From NCBI GenBank assembly GCA_032718475.1, contig JAUCBJ010009059.1, forward strand, positions 1 to 47,732: a stretch of DNA of 47,732 nt. Direction: 5' to 3'. The notes beneath the pieces were generated by a model. That model did not search any database. It was not told where the DNA came from and saw only the letters and a program-made list of their open reading frames with translations. A program made the position numbers and the translations under genes. The DNA comes from Nemertoderma westbladi. Taxonomy: Eukaryota > Animalia > Xenacoelomorpha. Positions 24,001 to 37,554 of the stretch are shown piece after piece. The first letter of the stretch is position 1. The number at the start of each line of letters is the position of its first letter.

Positions 24001-27000
24001 TGGACCCCCTCACACACAGAAACTTGTTGCTGGACCCCCTCATACACAGAAACTTGTTGCTGCAACTTGTTTCTGCAACTTGTTGCTGGACCCCCTCACA
24101 CACAGAAACAAGTTGCTGGACCCCCTCACACACAGAAACTTGTTGCTGGACCCCCTCACACACAGAAACTTGTTGCTGGACCCCCTCACACACAGAAACT
24201 TGTTGCTGGACCCCCTCACGCACAGAAACTTGTTGCTGGACCCCCTCACACACAGAAACTTGTTGCTGGACCCCCTCACACACAGAAACTTGTTGCTGGA
24301 CCCCCTCACGCACAGAAACTTGTTACTGGACCCCCTCACACACAGAAACTTGTTGCTGGACCCCCTCATACACAGAAACTTGTTGCTGCAACTTGTTTCT
24401 GCAACTTGTTTCAGCAACTTGTTTCTGAAACTTGTTGCTGGACCCCCTCACACACAGAAACTTGTTGCTGGACCCCCTCACACACAGAAACTTGTTGCTG
24501 GACCCCCTCACGCACAGAAACTTGTTGGTGGACCCCCTCACACACAGAAACTTGTTGCTGGACCCCCACACACACAGAAACTTGTTGCTGGACCCCCTCA
24601 CACACACACAAACTTGTTGCTGGACCCCCTCACGCACAGAAACTTGTTGCTGCAACTTGTTTCTGCAACTTGTTTCTGCAACTTGTTTCAGCAACTTGTT
24701 TCTGAAACTTGTTTCTGAAACTTGTTTCTGAAACTTGTTGCTGGACCCCCTCACACACAGAAACTTTTTACTGCAACTTGTTTCTGCAACTTGTTTCAGC
24801 AACTTGTTTCTGAAACTTGTTGCTGGACCCCCTCACACACAGAAACTTGTTGCTGGACCCCCTCACACACACACAAACTTGTTGCTGGACCCCCTCACGC
24901 ACAGAAACTTGTTGCTGCAACTTGTTTCTGCAACTTGTTTCTGCAACTTGTTTCAGCAACTTGTTTCAGCAACTTGTTTCTGAAACTTGTTGCTGGACCC
25001 CCTCACACACAGAAACTTGTTGCTGGACCCCCTCACACACACACAAACTTGTTGCTGGACCCCCTCACGCACAGAAACTTGTTGCTGCAACTTGTTTCTG
25101 CAACTTGTTTCAGCAACTTGTTTCTGAAACTTGTTTCTGAAACTTGTTGCTGGACCCCCTCACACACAGAAACTTGTTGCTGGACCCCCTCACACACAGA
25201 AACTTGTTGCTGGACCCCCTCACACACAGAAACTTGTTGCTGGACCCCCTCACGCACAGAAACTTGTTGCTGGACCCCCTCACACACAGAAACTTGTTGC
25301 TGGACCCCCTCACACACAGAAACTTGTTGCTGGACCCCCTCACACACAGAAACTTGTTGCTGGACCCCCTCACGCACAGAAACTTGTTGCTGGACCCCCT
25401 CACACACAGAAACTTGTTGCTGGACCCCCTCACACACAGAAACTTGTTGCTGGACCCCCTCACACACAGAAACTTGTTGCTGGACCCCCTCACACACAGA
25501 AACTTGTTGCTGGACCCCCTCACGCACAGAAACTTGTTGCTGGACCCCCTCACACACAGAAACTTGTTGCTGGACCCCCTCACACACAGAAACTTGTTGC
25601 TGGACCCCCTCACACACAGAAACTTGTTGCTGGACCCCCTCACACACAGAAACTTGTTGCTGGACCCCCTCACGCACAGAAACTTGTTGCTGGACCCCCT
25701 CACACACAGAAACTTGTTGCTGGACCCCCTCACACACAGAAACTTTTTGCTGGACCCCCTCACACACAGAAACTTGTTGCTGGACCCCCTCACGCACAGA
25801 AACTTGTTGCTGGACCCCCTCACACACAGAAACTTGTTGCTGGACCCCTTCACACACAGAAACTTGTTGCTGGACCCCCTCACACACAGAAACTTGTTGC
25901 TGGACCCCCTCACGCACAGAAACTTGTTGCTGGACCCCCTCACACACAGAAACTTGTTGCTGGACCCCCTCACACACATAAACTTGTTGCTGGACTCCTC
26001 ACACACAGAAACTTGTTGCTGGACCCCCTCACGCACAGAAACTTGTTGCTGGACCCCCTCGCACACAGAAACTTGTTGCTGGACCCCCTCACACACAGAA
26101 ACTTGTTGCTGGACCCCCTCACACACACACAAACTTGTTGCTGGACCCCCTCACACACAGAAACTTGTTGCTGGACCCCCTCACACACAGAAACTTGTTG
26201 CTGGACCCCCTCACACACAGAAACTTGTTGCTGGACCCCCTCACACACATAAACTTGTTGCTGCGACTCCTCACACACAGAAACTTGTTGCTGGACCCCC
26301 TCACACACAGAAACTTGTTGCTGGACCCCCTCACACACAGAAACTTGTTGCTGGACCCCCTCACACACAGAAACTTGTTGCTGGACCCCCTCACACACAG
26401 AAACTTGTTGCTGGACCCCCTCATGCACAGAAACTTGTTGCTGCAACTTCGCACTCTGAAACTTGTTGCTGGACCCCCTCACACACAGAAACTTGTTGCT
26501 GGACCCCCTCACACACATAAACTTGTTGCTGGACCCCCTCACGCACAGAAACNNNNNNNNNNNNNNNNNNNNNNNNNNNNNNNNNNNNNNNNNNNNNNNN
26601 NNNNNNNNNNNNNNNNNNNNNNNNNNNNNNNNNNNNNNNNNNNNNNNNNNNNTTTTTACTGCAACTTGTTTCTGCAACTTGTTTCAGCAACTTGTTTCTG
26701 AAACTTGTTGCTGGACCCCCTCACACACAGAAACTTGTTGCTGGACCCCCTCACACACACACAAACTTGTTGCTGGACCCCCTCACGCACAGAAACTTGT
26801 TGCTGCAACTTGTTTCTGCAACTTGTTTCTGCAACTTGTTTCAGCAACTTGTTTCTGAAACTTGTTTCTGAAACTTGTTGCTGGACCCCCTCACACACAG
26901 AAACATGTTGCTGGACCCCCTCACACACAGAAACAAGTTGCTGGACCCCCTCATACACATAAACTTGTTGCTGCAACTTGTTTCTGCAACTTGTTTCAGC

Positions 27001-30000
27001 AACTTGTTTCTGAAACTTGTTGCTGGACCCCCTCACACACAGAAACTTGTTGCTGGACCCCCTCATACACAGAAACTTGTTGCTGCAACTTGTTTCTGCA
27101 ACTTGTTTCAGCAACTTGTTTCAGAAACTTGATGCTGGACCCCCTCACACACAGAAACTTGTTGCTGGACCCCCTCACACACAGAAACTTGTTGCTGGAC
27201 CCCCTCACACACAGAAACTTGTTGCTGCAACTTGTTTCTGCAACTTGTTTCAGCAACTTGTTTCAGCAACTTGTTTCTGAAACTTGTTTCTGAAACTTGT
27301 TGCTGGACCCCCTCACACACAGAAACTTGTTGCTGGACCCCCTCACACACAGAAACTTGTTGCTGGACCCCCTCACACACAGAAACTTGTTGCTGGACCC
27401 CCTCACACACAGAAACTTGTTGCTGGACCCCCTCATACACAGAAACTTGTTGCTGCAACTTGTTTCTGCAACTTGTTGCTGGACCCCCTCACACACAGAA
27501 ACAAGTTGCTGGACCCCCTCACACACATAAACTTGTTGCTGGACCCCCTCACACACAGAAACTTGTTGCTGGACCCCCTCACACACAGAAACTTGTTGCT
27601 GGACCCCCTCACGCACAGAAACTTGTTGCTGGACCCCCTCACACACAGAAACTTGTTGCTGGACCCCCTCACACACAGAAACTTGTTGCTGGACCCCCTC
27701 ACGCACAGAAACTTGTTGCTGGACCCCCTCACACACAGAAACTTGTTGCTGGACCCCCTCATACACAGAAACTTGTTGCTGCAACTTGTTTCTGCAACTT
27801 GTTTCAGCAACTTGTTTCAGAAACTTGATGCTGGACCCCCTCACACACAGAAACTTGTTGCTGGACCCCCTCACACACAGAAACTTGTTGCTGGACCCCC
27901 TCACACACAGAAACTTGTTGCTGGACCCCCTCACACACAGAAACTTGTTGCTGCAACTTGTTTCTGCAACTTGTTTCAGCAACTTGTTTCAGCAACTTGT
28001 TTCTGAAACTTGTTTCTGAAACTTGTTGCTGGACCCCCTCACACACAGAAACTTGTTGCTGGACCCCCTCACACACAGAAACTTGTTGCTGGACCCTCTC
28101 ACACACAGAAACTTGTTGCTGGACCCCCTCACACACAGAAACTTGTTGCTGGACCCCCTCATACACAGAAACTTGTTGCTGCAACTTGTTTCTGCAACTT
28201 GTTGCTGGACCCCCTCACACACAGAAACAAGTTGCTGGACCCCCTCACACACAGAAACTTGTTGCTGGACCCCCTCACACACAGAAACTTGTTGCTGGAC
28301 CCCCTCACACACAGAAACTTGTTGCTGGACCCCCTCACGCACAGAAACTTGTTGCTGGACCCCCTCACACACAGAAACTTGTTGCTGGACCCCCTCACAC
28401 ACAGAAACTTGTTGCTGGACCCCCTCACGCACAGAAACTTGTTGCTGGACCCCCTCACACACAGAAACTTGTTGCTGGACCCCCTCATACACAGAAACTT
28501 GTTGCTGCAACTTGTTTCTGCAACTTGTTTCAGCAACTTGTTTCTGAAACTTGTTGCTGGACCCCCTCACACACAGAAACAAGTTGCTGGACCCCCTCAC
28601 ACACAGAAACTTGTTGCTGGACCCCCTCACACACAGAAACTTGTTGCTGGACCCCCTCACACACAGAAACTTGTTGCTGGACCCCCTCACGCACAGAAAC
28701 TTGTTGCTGGACCCCCTCACACACAGAAACTTGTTGCTGGACCCCCACACACACAGAAACTTGTTGCTGGACCCCCTCACACACACACAAACTTGTTGCT
28801 GGACCCCCTCACGCACAGAAACTTGTTGCTGCAACTTGTTTCTGCAACTTGTTTCTGCAACTTGTTTCAGCAACTTGTTTCTGAAACTTGTTTCTGAAAC
28901 TTGTTGCTGGACCCCCTCACACACAGAAACTTTTTACTGCAACTTGTTTCTGCAACTTGTTTCAGCAACTTGTTTCTGAAACTTGTTGCTGGACCCCCTC
29001 ACACACAGAAACTTGTTGCTGGACCCCCTCACACACAGAAACTTGTTGCTGGACCCCCTCACACACACACAAACTTGTTGCTGGACCCCCTCACGCACAG
29101 AAACTTGTTGCTGCAACTTGTTTCTGCAACTTGTTTCTGCAACTTGTTTCAGCAACTTGTTTCAGCAGCTTGTTTCTGAAACTTGTTGCTGGACCCCCTC
29201 ACACACAGAAACTTGTTGCTGGACCCCCTCACACACACACAAACTTGTTGCTGGACCCCCTCACGCACAGAAACTTGTTGCTGCAACTTGTTTCTGCAAC
29301 TTGTTTCAGCAACTTGTTTCTGAAACTTGTTGCTGGACCCCCTCACACACAGAAACTTGTTGCTGGACCCCCTCACACACAGAAACTTGTTGCTGGACCC
29401 CCTCACACACAGAAACTTGTTGCTGGACCCCCTCACACACAGAAACTTGTTGCTGCAACTTGTTTCTGCAACTTGTTTCAGCAACTTATTTCTGAAACTT
29501 GTTTCTGAAACTTGTTGCTGGACCCCCTCACACACAGAAACTTGTTGCTGCAACTTGTTTACAACTTGTTTCTGAAACTTGTTGCTGGACCCCCTCACAC
29601 ACAGAAATTTGTTGCTGCAACTTGTTGCTGCAACTTGTTTCTGCAACTTGTTTCAGCAACTTGTTTCTGAAACTTGTTGCTGGACCCCCTCACACACAGA
29701 AACTTGTTGCTGCAACTTGTTTCAGCAACTTGTTTCTGAAACTTGTTTCTGAAACTTGTTTCTGAAACTTGTTTCTGAAACTTGTTTCTGAAACTTGTTT
29801 CTGAAACTTGTTTCTGAAACTTGTTTCTGAAACTTGTTGCTGAAACTTGTTGCTGGACCCCCTCACACACAGAAACTTGTTGCTGCAACTTGTTTCAGCA
29901 ACTTGTTTCTGAAACTTGTTGCTGCAACTTGTTTCTGCAACTTGTTTCAGCAACTTGTTTCTGAAACTTGTTGCTGGACCCCCTCACACACAGAAACTTG

Positions 30001-30555
30001 TTGCTGCAACTTGTTTCAGCAACTTGTTTCTGAAACTTGTTGCTGGACCCCCCTCACACACAGAAACTTGTTTCTGAAACTTATTGCTGGACCCCCTCAC
30101 ACACAGAAACTTGTTTCTGCAACTTGTTTCTGCAACTTGTTTCTGCAACTTGTTTCTGCAACTTGTTGCTGGACCCCCTCACACACAGAAACTTGTTGCT
30201 AGACCCCCTTACACACACACAAACTTGTTGCTGGCCCCCCTCACACACAGACACTTGTTGCTGGACCCCCTCCCTCACACACATAAACTTGTTGCTGGAC
30301 CCCCTCACACACACACAAACTTGTTGCTGGACCCCCTCACACACAGAAACTTGTTGCTGGACCCCCTCACACACACACAAACTTGTTGCTGGACCCCCTC
30401 ACACACAGAAACTTGTTGCTGCAACTTGTTTCAGCAACTTGTATCGGCAACTTGTTTCTGAAACTTGTTGCTGGACCCCCTCACACACAGAAACTTGTTG
30501 CTGTAACTTGTTTCAGCAATCTTTCTCAGCAACTTGTTTCAGCAACTTGTTTCTG
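18004..30555. repeat. 12.5-kb satellite: 30-bp unit GAAACTTGTTGCTGGACCCCCTCACACACA interspersed with runs of a related 13-bp unit (AACTTGTTTCTGC/AACTTGTTTCAGC/AACTTGTTTCTGA)
   Basis: Several hundred near-identical units read directly; the 13-mer proportion rises toward the 3' end. Confidence 0.98.
26553..26652. other. Assembly/scaffold gap (100 N) inside the satellite
   Basis: Run of 100 N; the true array length is unknown. Confidence 0.99.
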
Positions 30556-31680
30556 GATCAAAGATATTCTCCAAGATTGATCTGGTGAGCGGCTACCACC
30601 AGATCCCCATCACCAAGGCCGACATCGCCAAGACTGTGGTCATCACTCTAGATGCAGTTCGGGTTGAAGTACGTGGCCCAGGCTTTCCAGAGACTGATGA
30701 ACACAGTGTGCCAGGGGTTTGACTTCCCCTTCGTCTACTTAGACGATGTCCTTGTCCCGAATCGGACCCACAAGGAACACTGTGACCACCTCCATCAGCT
30801 CTCTCCCTGCCTCCAAGACCATGGCCTCGTAATAAATCTCGCCAAGTGCGAGGTCGGGTGGTCGACCTTCGACTTCCTTGGCCACCAAATCATTCAGAAC
30901 GGCACCGTTCTGCTCCCCAACAAGGTCACCGTAACCTGGGAGTTTGCCCAGCCATCCACCATCAAGGATCTGCAGGAGTTCGTGGGGATGGTAAACTTCT
31001 ACCATCGGTTCGTCCCCACAGCTGCTGCCATCATGTGGCCCCTGTATGCCGCCCTTGCTGGTAAACCAAAAACTCTCACCTGGACTCCCGACATAGTGGC
31101 CGCATTCTGGAATGCAAGGTGACCTTCACCCATCCAATGATGCTGGCCCACCCGAATGCCAATGTCCCCACCGCTCTCACTGTGGATGCCTCTGGCACGG
31201 TGGTGGGTGCCATTCTAGAACAGCTCGTTGGTGATTATTGCTGGCGTCTCCTGGCATTCTTCAGCTGCCAACTACGACCGCTGGAGATGAAATACAGTGC
31301 GTTCGACCGCGAACTGTTGGTGCTGTACCTCGCAGTGTGCCACTTCCGGTACTTCCTGGAAGAACGCGTGTTTATCGCCTACACAGACCACAATCCACTT
31401 GGTCGAACCGGCAACAATGGCACATTGCCTACATATCCGAGTTTACTACAACCATCAAACACGTTGCTGGCAAGGATAACAACCGTGTGGTGGACACGCT
31501 CTCCAGGACTACTATCAGCGTGGTTCAAACCTTCCACCCCAGCCTTGACTACACCACTATATGGCAGCTGCTCAACTCAATCACACAGACCAGCCTCCAA
31601 CTGTTGGAAGTCTCACTCGGCCCCAACAGAGACCACCTCCTGTGCGATATCTCCCTTGGCCATCCACGCCAAGGTTCACC
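30550..31680 (+). pseudogene. Ty3/Gypsy pol fragment (RT, RNase H and connection to integrase) with frameshifts and deletions
   Basis: FSKIDLVSGYHQIP; MQFGLK..AQAFQRLM; VYLDDVLV; DFLGH; FVGMVNFYHRFVP; RNase H LTVDAS, YSAFDRELL, YTDHNPL; IKHVAGKDN..VDTLSR; LLCDISLGHPR. Confidence 0.95.
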
Positions 31681-31743
31681 AGGAAGCTTATACTGGTTTG
31701 TAAGCATTATTGATTGTTTTGTAAAAGAACTTAAAGAACTACA

Positions 31744-32070
31744 ATGGCTCCACCTCAGTTATACCTTGAACCAAGTGTTCCAGAACGTCATAGGATATCC
31801 TGGCCCCGCTTCAGATTAGGCAGCCACAATTTCCCAGTTGAACGAATGCGGTGGGCAAAAGTTAAACCAGAGGTGCGTTGGTGCCAGTGTGGGGCAATTC
31901 AAACAGAACAGCACTTAGTTACGGCGTGCCATAAAACATTGACATACAGATCAGACAAGGAGGTGGGATCTGGAACGGCTTGGAACGATTTGGCTAGTAT
32001 ATTCGCTTTGGAAAACCAGTCTGTTATAGCCAAAATGATTTATAAAATTGCGTTAAAACAGCGAATTTGA
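31744..32070 (+). mobile_element. LINE ORF2 C-terminal fragment
   Basis: RFRLGSHNFPVERMRW...RWCQCGAIQTEQHLVTAC matches the RxRLxSH..xE..RW...C-x-C...EH...C tail of APE-type LINEs. Confidence 0.75.
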
Positions 32071-33364
32071 TTGATAAGGTTGAAACCAAATAACATTAGA
32101 ACATTCTTTTTTTGTATATTAGTCTTTGTCCACAAAGAAGCCTATTTTTCATATTATTCTTATTGTGCTATATTGTTTATTTGTACTATCTGTTTATTTG
32201 ATAAATATTACTTTATTTTGCTGGTACATTCACTGGTCTCACTAGGCTAAAAAGTACAAATATGGTTTAATGGTTATACCAAAGTCTTTGAATGGTGATG
32301 TATTTTATGTAATTTTATCAATCCCGAAAGGTGTTGATATTGTATGGGTGCCAGGAATGGCTCATATATCGAAAACTACTAGAGCTATTAAATTTTTATT
32401 TGTCTCTTCTGAAAGAGGACATAATTTTAGTTAGGGCCAAGTACTTTCGACGCGCTAGACATATTGTTTCATTCAGGGATTCTATCTAAGAGAAATAACT
32501 GGCCTACTAAATTTAAGGGCTTTGCAGCAGCTTGGCGGGTCGTATCTATAGTAGGTCATGGACCTCTCCATAAATTATATATCTATATATCTGTATTATG
32601 TATATAAAAGTCAAATTTTCTTCATGCATTTGAAGATTCATTACGCACTAAGGCAGAAAGCATTAAATTTTAACAAACTGCGGTATTATCTTATTAGAAG
32701 TTTACTTGCAAGCCAGCTTACTTTCGGTTTCTTTATTTGTTGGAAACACTGACGAATTAAAGTGGCAATTAGGTAGCAACTATTACCGTTAATAAGTTAT
32801 AACTTCGTTTAGTTTAAGTTTAATATTTCTTTATCATATATTCTTACTTCGTTCTTATATTCCCCCGAATAATTTTAATTTTTTGTTTCCCTGCATAAAT
32901 AAGGGTGTCGACAGCAATTAGTTGCCATTAATGTTTATTACATCCAACGTCCATAAATATGAGTAAACCCCAGAACCCCACCCTTAATTACCAAGAAGAA
33001 ATCTTTAGAACCTACCTAGGCCCACCTAAAGAGGTAAGGGCGTTTTCTGCAATATAGAGAATTGAATGTTTATTACTTTTTCTTTAAGTGGAAACTACAT
33101 AAAGGAAAGGGTTATTTATACTATTAGTTTACGTTATAACGACGTTATATACCAGTCCAAATTTATTAACATTTTGTTATATATTTCTTAGACAAAACCA
33201 AGAGGACTTATACTACCTACATTCATTTAATTTATGTCTTTTGTTCTGGTGAATTTCTCGGTGAGATGCAGTAACCTGTTGGGAGATGGCAGGGTGCAAG
33301 GGGTGGCTCTAAAAACTGAAAACTTCATATATAGTAAATAAATCCCACCATATTCTGAAACTGT

Positions 33365-34498
33365 CAGCTGTATACTAGATATATAGATTGCTGCTATACA
33401 GCTGTATACTAGCTATATAGATTGCTGCTATACAGCTGTATACTAGCTATATAGATTGCTGATATACAGCTGTATACTAGATATATAGATTGCTGCTATA
33501 CAGCTGTATACTATATATATAGATTGCTGATATACAGCTGTATACTAGATATATAGATTGCTGCTATACAGCTGTATACTATATATATAGATTGCTGCTA
33601 TACAGCTGTATACTATATATATAGATTGCTGATATACAGCTGTATACTATATATATAGATTGCTGATATACAGCTGTATACTAGATATATAGATTGCTGA
33701 TATACAGCTGTATACTATATATATAGATTGCTGCTATACAGCTGTATACTATATATATAGATTGCTGATATACAGCTGTATACTAGATATATAGATTGCT
33801 GATATACAGCTGTATACTATATATATAGATTGCTGCTATACAGCTGTATACTATATATATAGATTGCTGATATACAGCTGTATACTATATATATAGATTG
33901 CTGCTATACAGCTGTATACTATATATATAGATTGCTGATATACAGCTGTATACTATATATATAGATTGCTGCTATACAGCTGTATACTATATATATAGAT
34001 TGCTGATATACAGCTGTATACTAGATATATAGATTGCTGATATACAGCTGTATACTATATATATAGATTGCTGATATACAGCTGTATACTAGATATATAG
34101 ATTGCTGATATACAGCTGTATACTATATATATAGATTGCTGCTATACAGCTGTATACTATATATATAGATTGCTGATATACAGCTGTATACTAGATATAT
34201 AGATTGCTGCTATACAGCTGTATACTAGCTATATAGATTGCTGATATACAGCTGTATACTAGATATATAGATTGCTGATATACAGCTGTATACTATATAT
34301 ATAGATTGCTGCTATACAGCTGTATACTATATATATAGATTGCTGATATACAGCTGTATACTAGATATATAGATTGCTGATATACAGCTGTATACTATAT
34401 ATATAGATTGCTGATATACAGCTGTATACTAGATATATAAATTGCTGATATACAGCTGTATACTATATATATAGATTGCTGATATACAGCTGTATACT
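33365..34498. repeat. 34-bp AT-rich minisatellite (CAGCTGTATACTA(T/G)ATATATAGATTGCTG(A/C)TATA) x ~33
   Basis: Tandem units read directly; two biallelic positions. Confidence 0.97.
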
Positions 34499-34504
34499 TC
34501 TACT

Positions 34505-35140
34505 AGTTGTGATCATGGATGGATCCGGAAGTAAGGATAAGTATCGGGATACGTAAGGAGAAGGCATGTGCAGCATTGAATAGTCTGTACAGGATTTGGA
34601 AGTCCCATAGAATAAAACGGAAACTTCAGGTTCGATTATTTATTAAGATCGATTATTTAGTATGAGTACCAGTATTATACCAGTCTTATACTGAGTCCAT
34701 GCTGGGCTCTAACTGCAGAGAATACCAAATCTCTGGATGGCACTGGATGACAAGAATGCCGGGTTCATTGTGTCAAGTACAATTACCCACATCTCCAATT
34801 AGACTCTATACAAAATCGGAGGTGTTTAATTAGTCTCCCTTAGGTTGACACTTGAACAGATCCACCTCCGCTTTGCAGGACATTGCTTTCGCCGTGAGGA
34901 CCAGCCAGTGCATAATATTTTGCTTTGGCGGCCTCATGGAGTAAATAAGTATGGTGTACAGTACAGCCCATGACTTTCTTGAGACGCCTCTTAAGGGACA
35001 CTGTCCTTGAAGATGCAGATTAGTTGTGGCGGCGGAATTTTTTCGAGAAGCCGGCACAGCATTCTTAATATATATGTAATATATATAATGCAGCTGCAAT
35101 GCATGCATCCACGATGCCGATAGTAGTAGTAGTATAGTAG
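34505..35140 (+). mobile_element. RTE-like LINE 3' fragment with a (TAG)n tail, degenerate
   Basis: Relics IRKEKACAALNSLYRIWKS...VRLF; LRFAGHCFRREDQPVHNILLWRP; ends GATAGTAGTAGTAGTATAGTAG. Confidence 0.75.
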
Positions 35141-37554
35141 ATGTAGAATGAGTCGCAGGAACAATTTGCAGCGAGCGGCAAAGCTAGACTACTTAACTTA
35201 TCGTTACCGGTACAAGGCCTTCTTCAAACAATACTTATGATTAATTTTATTCAAAAAAATCAATGGTGCGGTATATAGCACTTTACAACAAGACGGAAAT
35301 AAACACGAGGAAACCCTGCATAGTTAAGGACTTTTCAAGCGAAGTGAATTGCCGCGCAGTGCATGATGAGTATCATAATCGCCTATTAGGTCAGCGTTGA
35401 GGTAATTCACTTAATCTCCATTTCACGCAGATGGACTTATTTATTATTTCAAGCCTCACGTGTTGGCAAACAGAAATCATACTGCATAATACAACAATGT
35501 ACCGTAAATTATCGACAGTAAAACACACTACTGTAGATGCCATTATTATCGAACCTACTAAATTCAGTAAGGCTAAGGCACCTTCTAAATTTGTATAAGG
35601 CTAGGCCTTAAAGAAAATTAATGTACGGTAAAAATTAAATGAGATAGATATATTAAATCGGGTTGGTCAACGCGGAACTGGAACTCTCTCACTATTTCTC
35701 CTACATTGGCATACCAACACCTGTACCTCAATAGAATATAGCACACTATGTAGGAGAAGCCAACTTGCTATGGTGCAGTTTTAGCCTTAGCTGGTCCATA
35801 CTTCCAAAAAATTATAAAGGACCAGAATTAACTTTAATTTACCCTAAATAATCAATTAGCCACTAGCCAGGTTAGCAGCATACGGTCCGAGATGGAGAGT
35901 GTGGCTGAAAGCTTTTTAACGAGCTACCCAAGCCTAATTTCATTGAGGTTCGTTGGTGCGAGATACAGTTAATACATAAGTCATAGTAGAAGTAGGCGCA
36001 TGAAGTCCAGAGGGCCAGTAATGATAATAGAAAATAATTTGATTTGTGTTGTCAGTAATAATGGGCGTTGGATAACACAAAATATCATAACCATGAAACT
36101 TATTCAAATCTAAGACTAAGCACACTTGCCATAAAATTTGAAAATTCAGATAAATCTTCCATCAAAAACTCTAAAGAAAGCATCATTTTTGATATAATGG
36201 TTATATATAATATAAAACCAAATAGAAACCAGCCTCCTTTCAATAATATACCCTACCTACAAATAAACAATAATAACTGCACGAATAACTATCCTATATA
36301 TTAGAAAATACAGGACTTTTTGTCCGCCGAAAGGGGTAAGTCTACATACTAAATTTAATAAAATAAAGGGTTTCAGGATTTAAACACTGTACCCAGGGAA
36401 ACACAGCTCCATCATCAGCAGTGTACTGTGAGTCCCTACCCCTATCTACCCCTATATACTGCGCCAGTCAGGTTGTACTGTTCTCATTTTGTTCGTTATA
36501 TAGTTATATATATATATAATATAATAGTTTTGATATTGCCAGATAGTCGCATTTTTAAATCCGGTTCTTAAATTATTTTCGATTAATTCAAGGTTAGACG
36601 TGTTTAAAGTTTGATTCTAAAAAATCTACATTCTATCTCTCATGCATGCAATAAGGGAAAATATATCTCTCCGCAATTTTCAGATTTTTCTCACTTATTT
36701 GTCATGAATTCTGTATCGCGATATAGGTCAGAGGATCCCTAGTTAAAGCTATATTTATTTGATGCTGGTCAGGATATTAATATACCTGATGAAACAGGAA
36801 CAAATTTTCACAATGGCCTTTGCATAACCCCCCATGGATGCAGAGAGAGGTCGGCACCCTTGAATCAACTTAAAACCGTTTGATGCCTACCCCTTTTCCC
36901 CATCACTTTCCAGGCTTATTCTCAGGATTTGGAACCAGGCTATTATTAACGATTACGTTTAGTAATTTGCGTCAAACCCAACTGATATTACTCTCAGGCC
37001 GCCATACCCCCCTCTCTCGTCTATGGATTTCCTTCCATTATACTCGATAATTGCTTTCGACCTTTCCATTGAGATACAGATGCGAAATTACTTACCATTT
37101 AGGCAAAGAGCTTAATGTAATCTTGAAAGCCGACGATTTGGATCCAAACTCTAATGCAGATGCAAAATATATTTCTTGTATCTTTGACAGATTTCTACAT
37201 ATAATAAATAGATTTGCAAATATGTCACCTTATTTGTCAGAGTAACTTAGAAAATATGATCCTTTCTATAAGTTTACTCATGATTTAGCAGTTTCCTGCA
37301 AAAATTTAACATGGTTTCTTCAGGAAATGAGTCATATTGATTCAAACATTCTGTAAGAAATTATTTATTTTTATTTCCAAAAAAATATGACAAATATATT
37401 AATAAACAACATTGTATTTGATGGCTAATACAACAACCACATAACAAGCACGATGGGTAAAACATTATTAAATAATAATAAAAACACTGATTGTACTACA
37501 TAATTTGTATATTTGTTTCAAATTAATAAAAATGTATTGAATAGGGCGAAGAAA

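Noticed and set aside
17956-30588. Dozens of long ORFs (up to 1025 aa) such as (LLLDPLTHRN)n, (CCWTPSHTET)n and (VCEGVQQQVS)n
   Set aside because: The 30-bp unit is a multiple of 3 and lacks stops on both strands, so many frames are open at once. Frequent 29/32/13-bp units shift frames freely, showing no coding constraint.
32400-32480. Hammerhead-like CTGAATGA...CGAAA on the minus strand
   Set aside because: The core spacing is wrong and no stem II can be formed.
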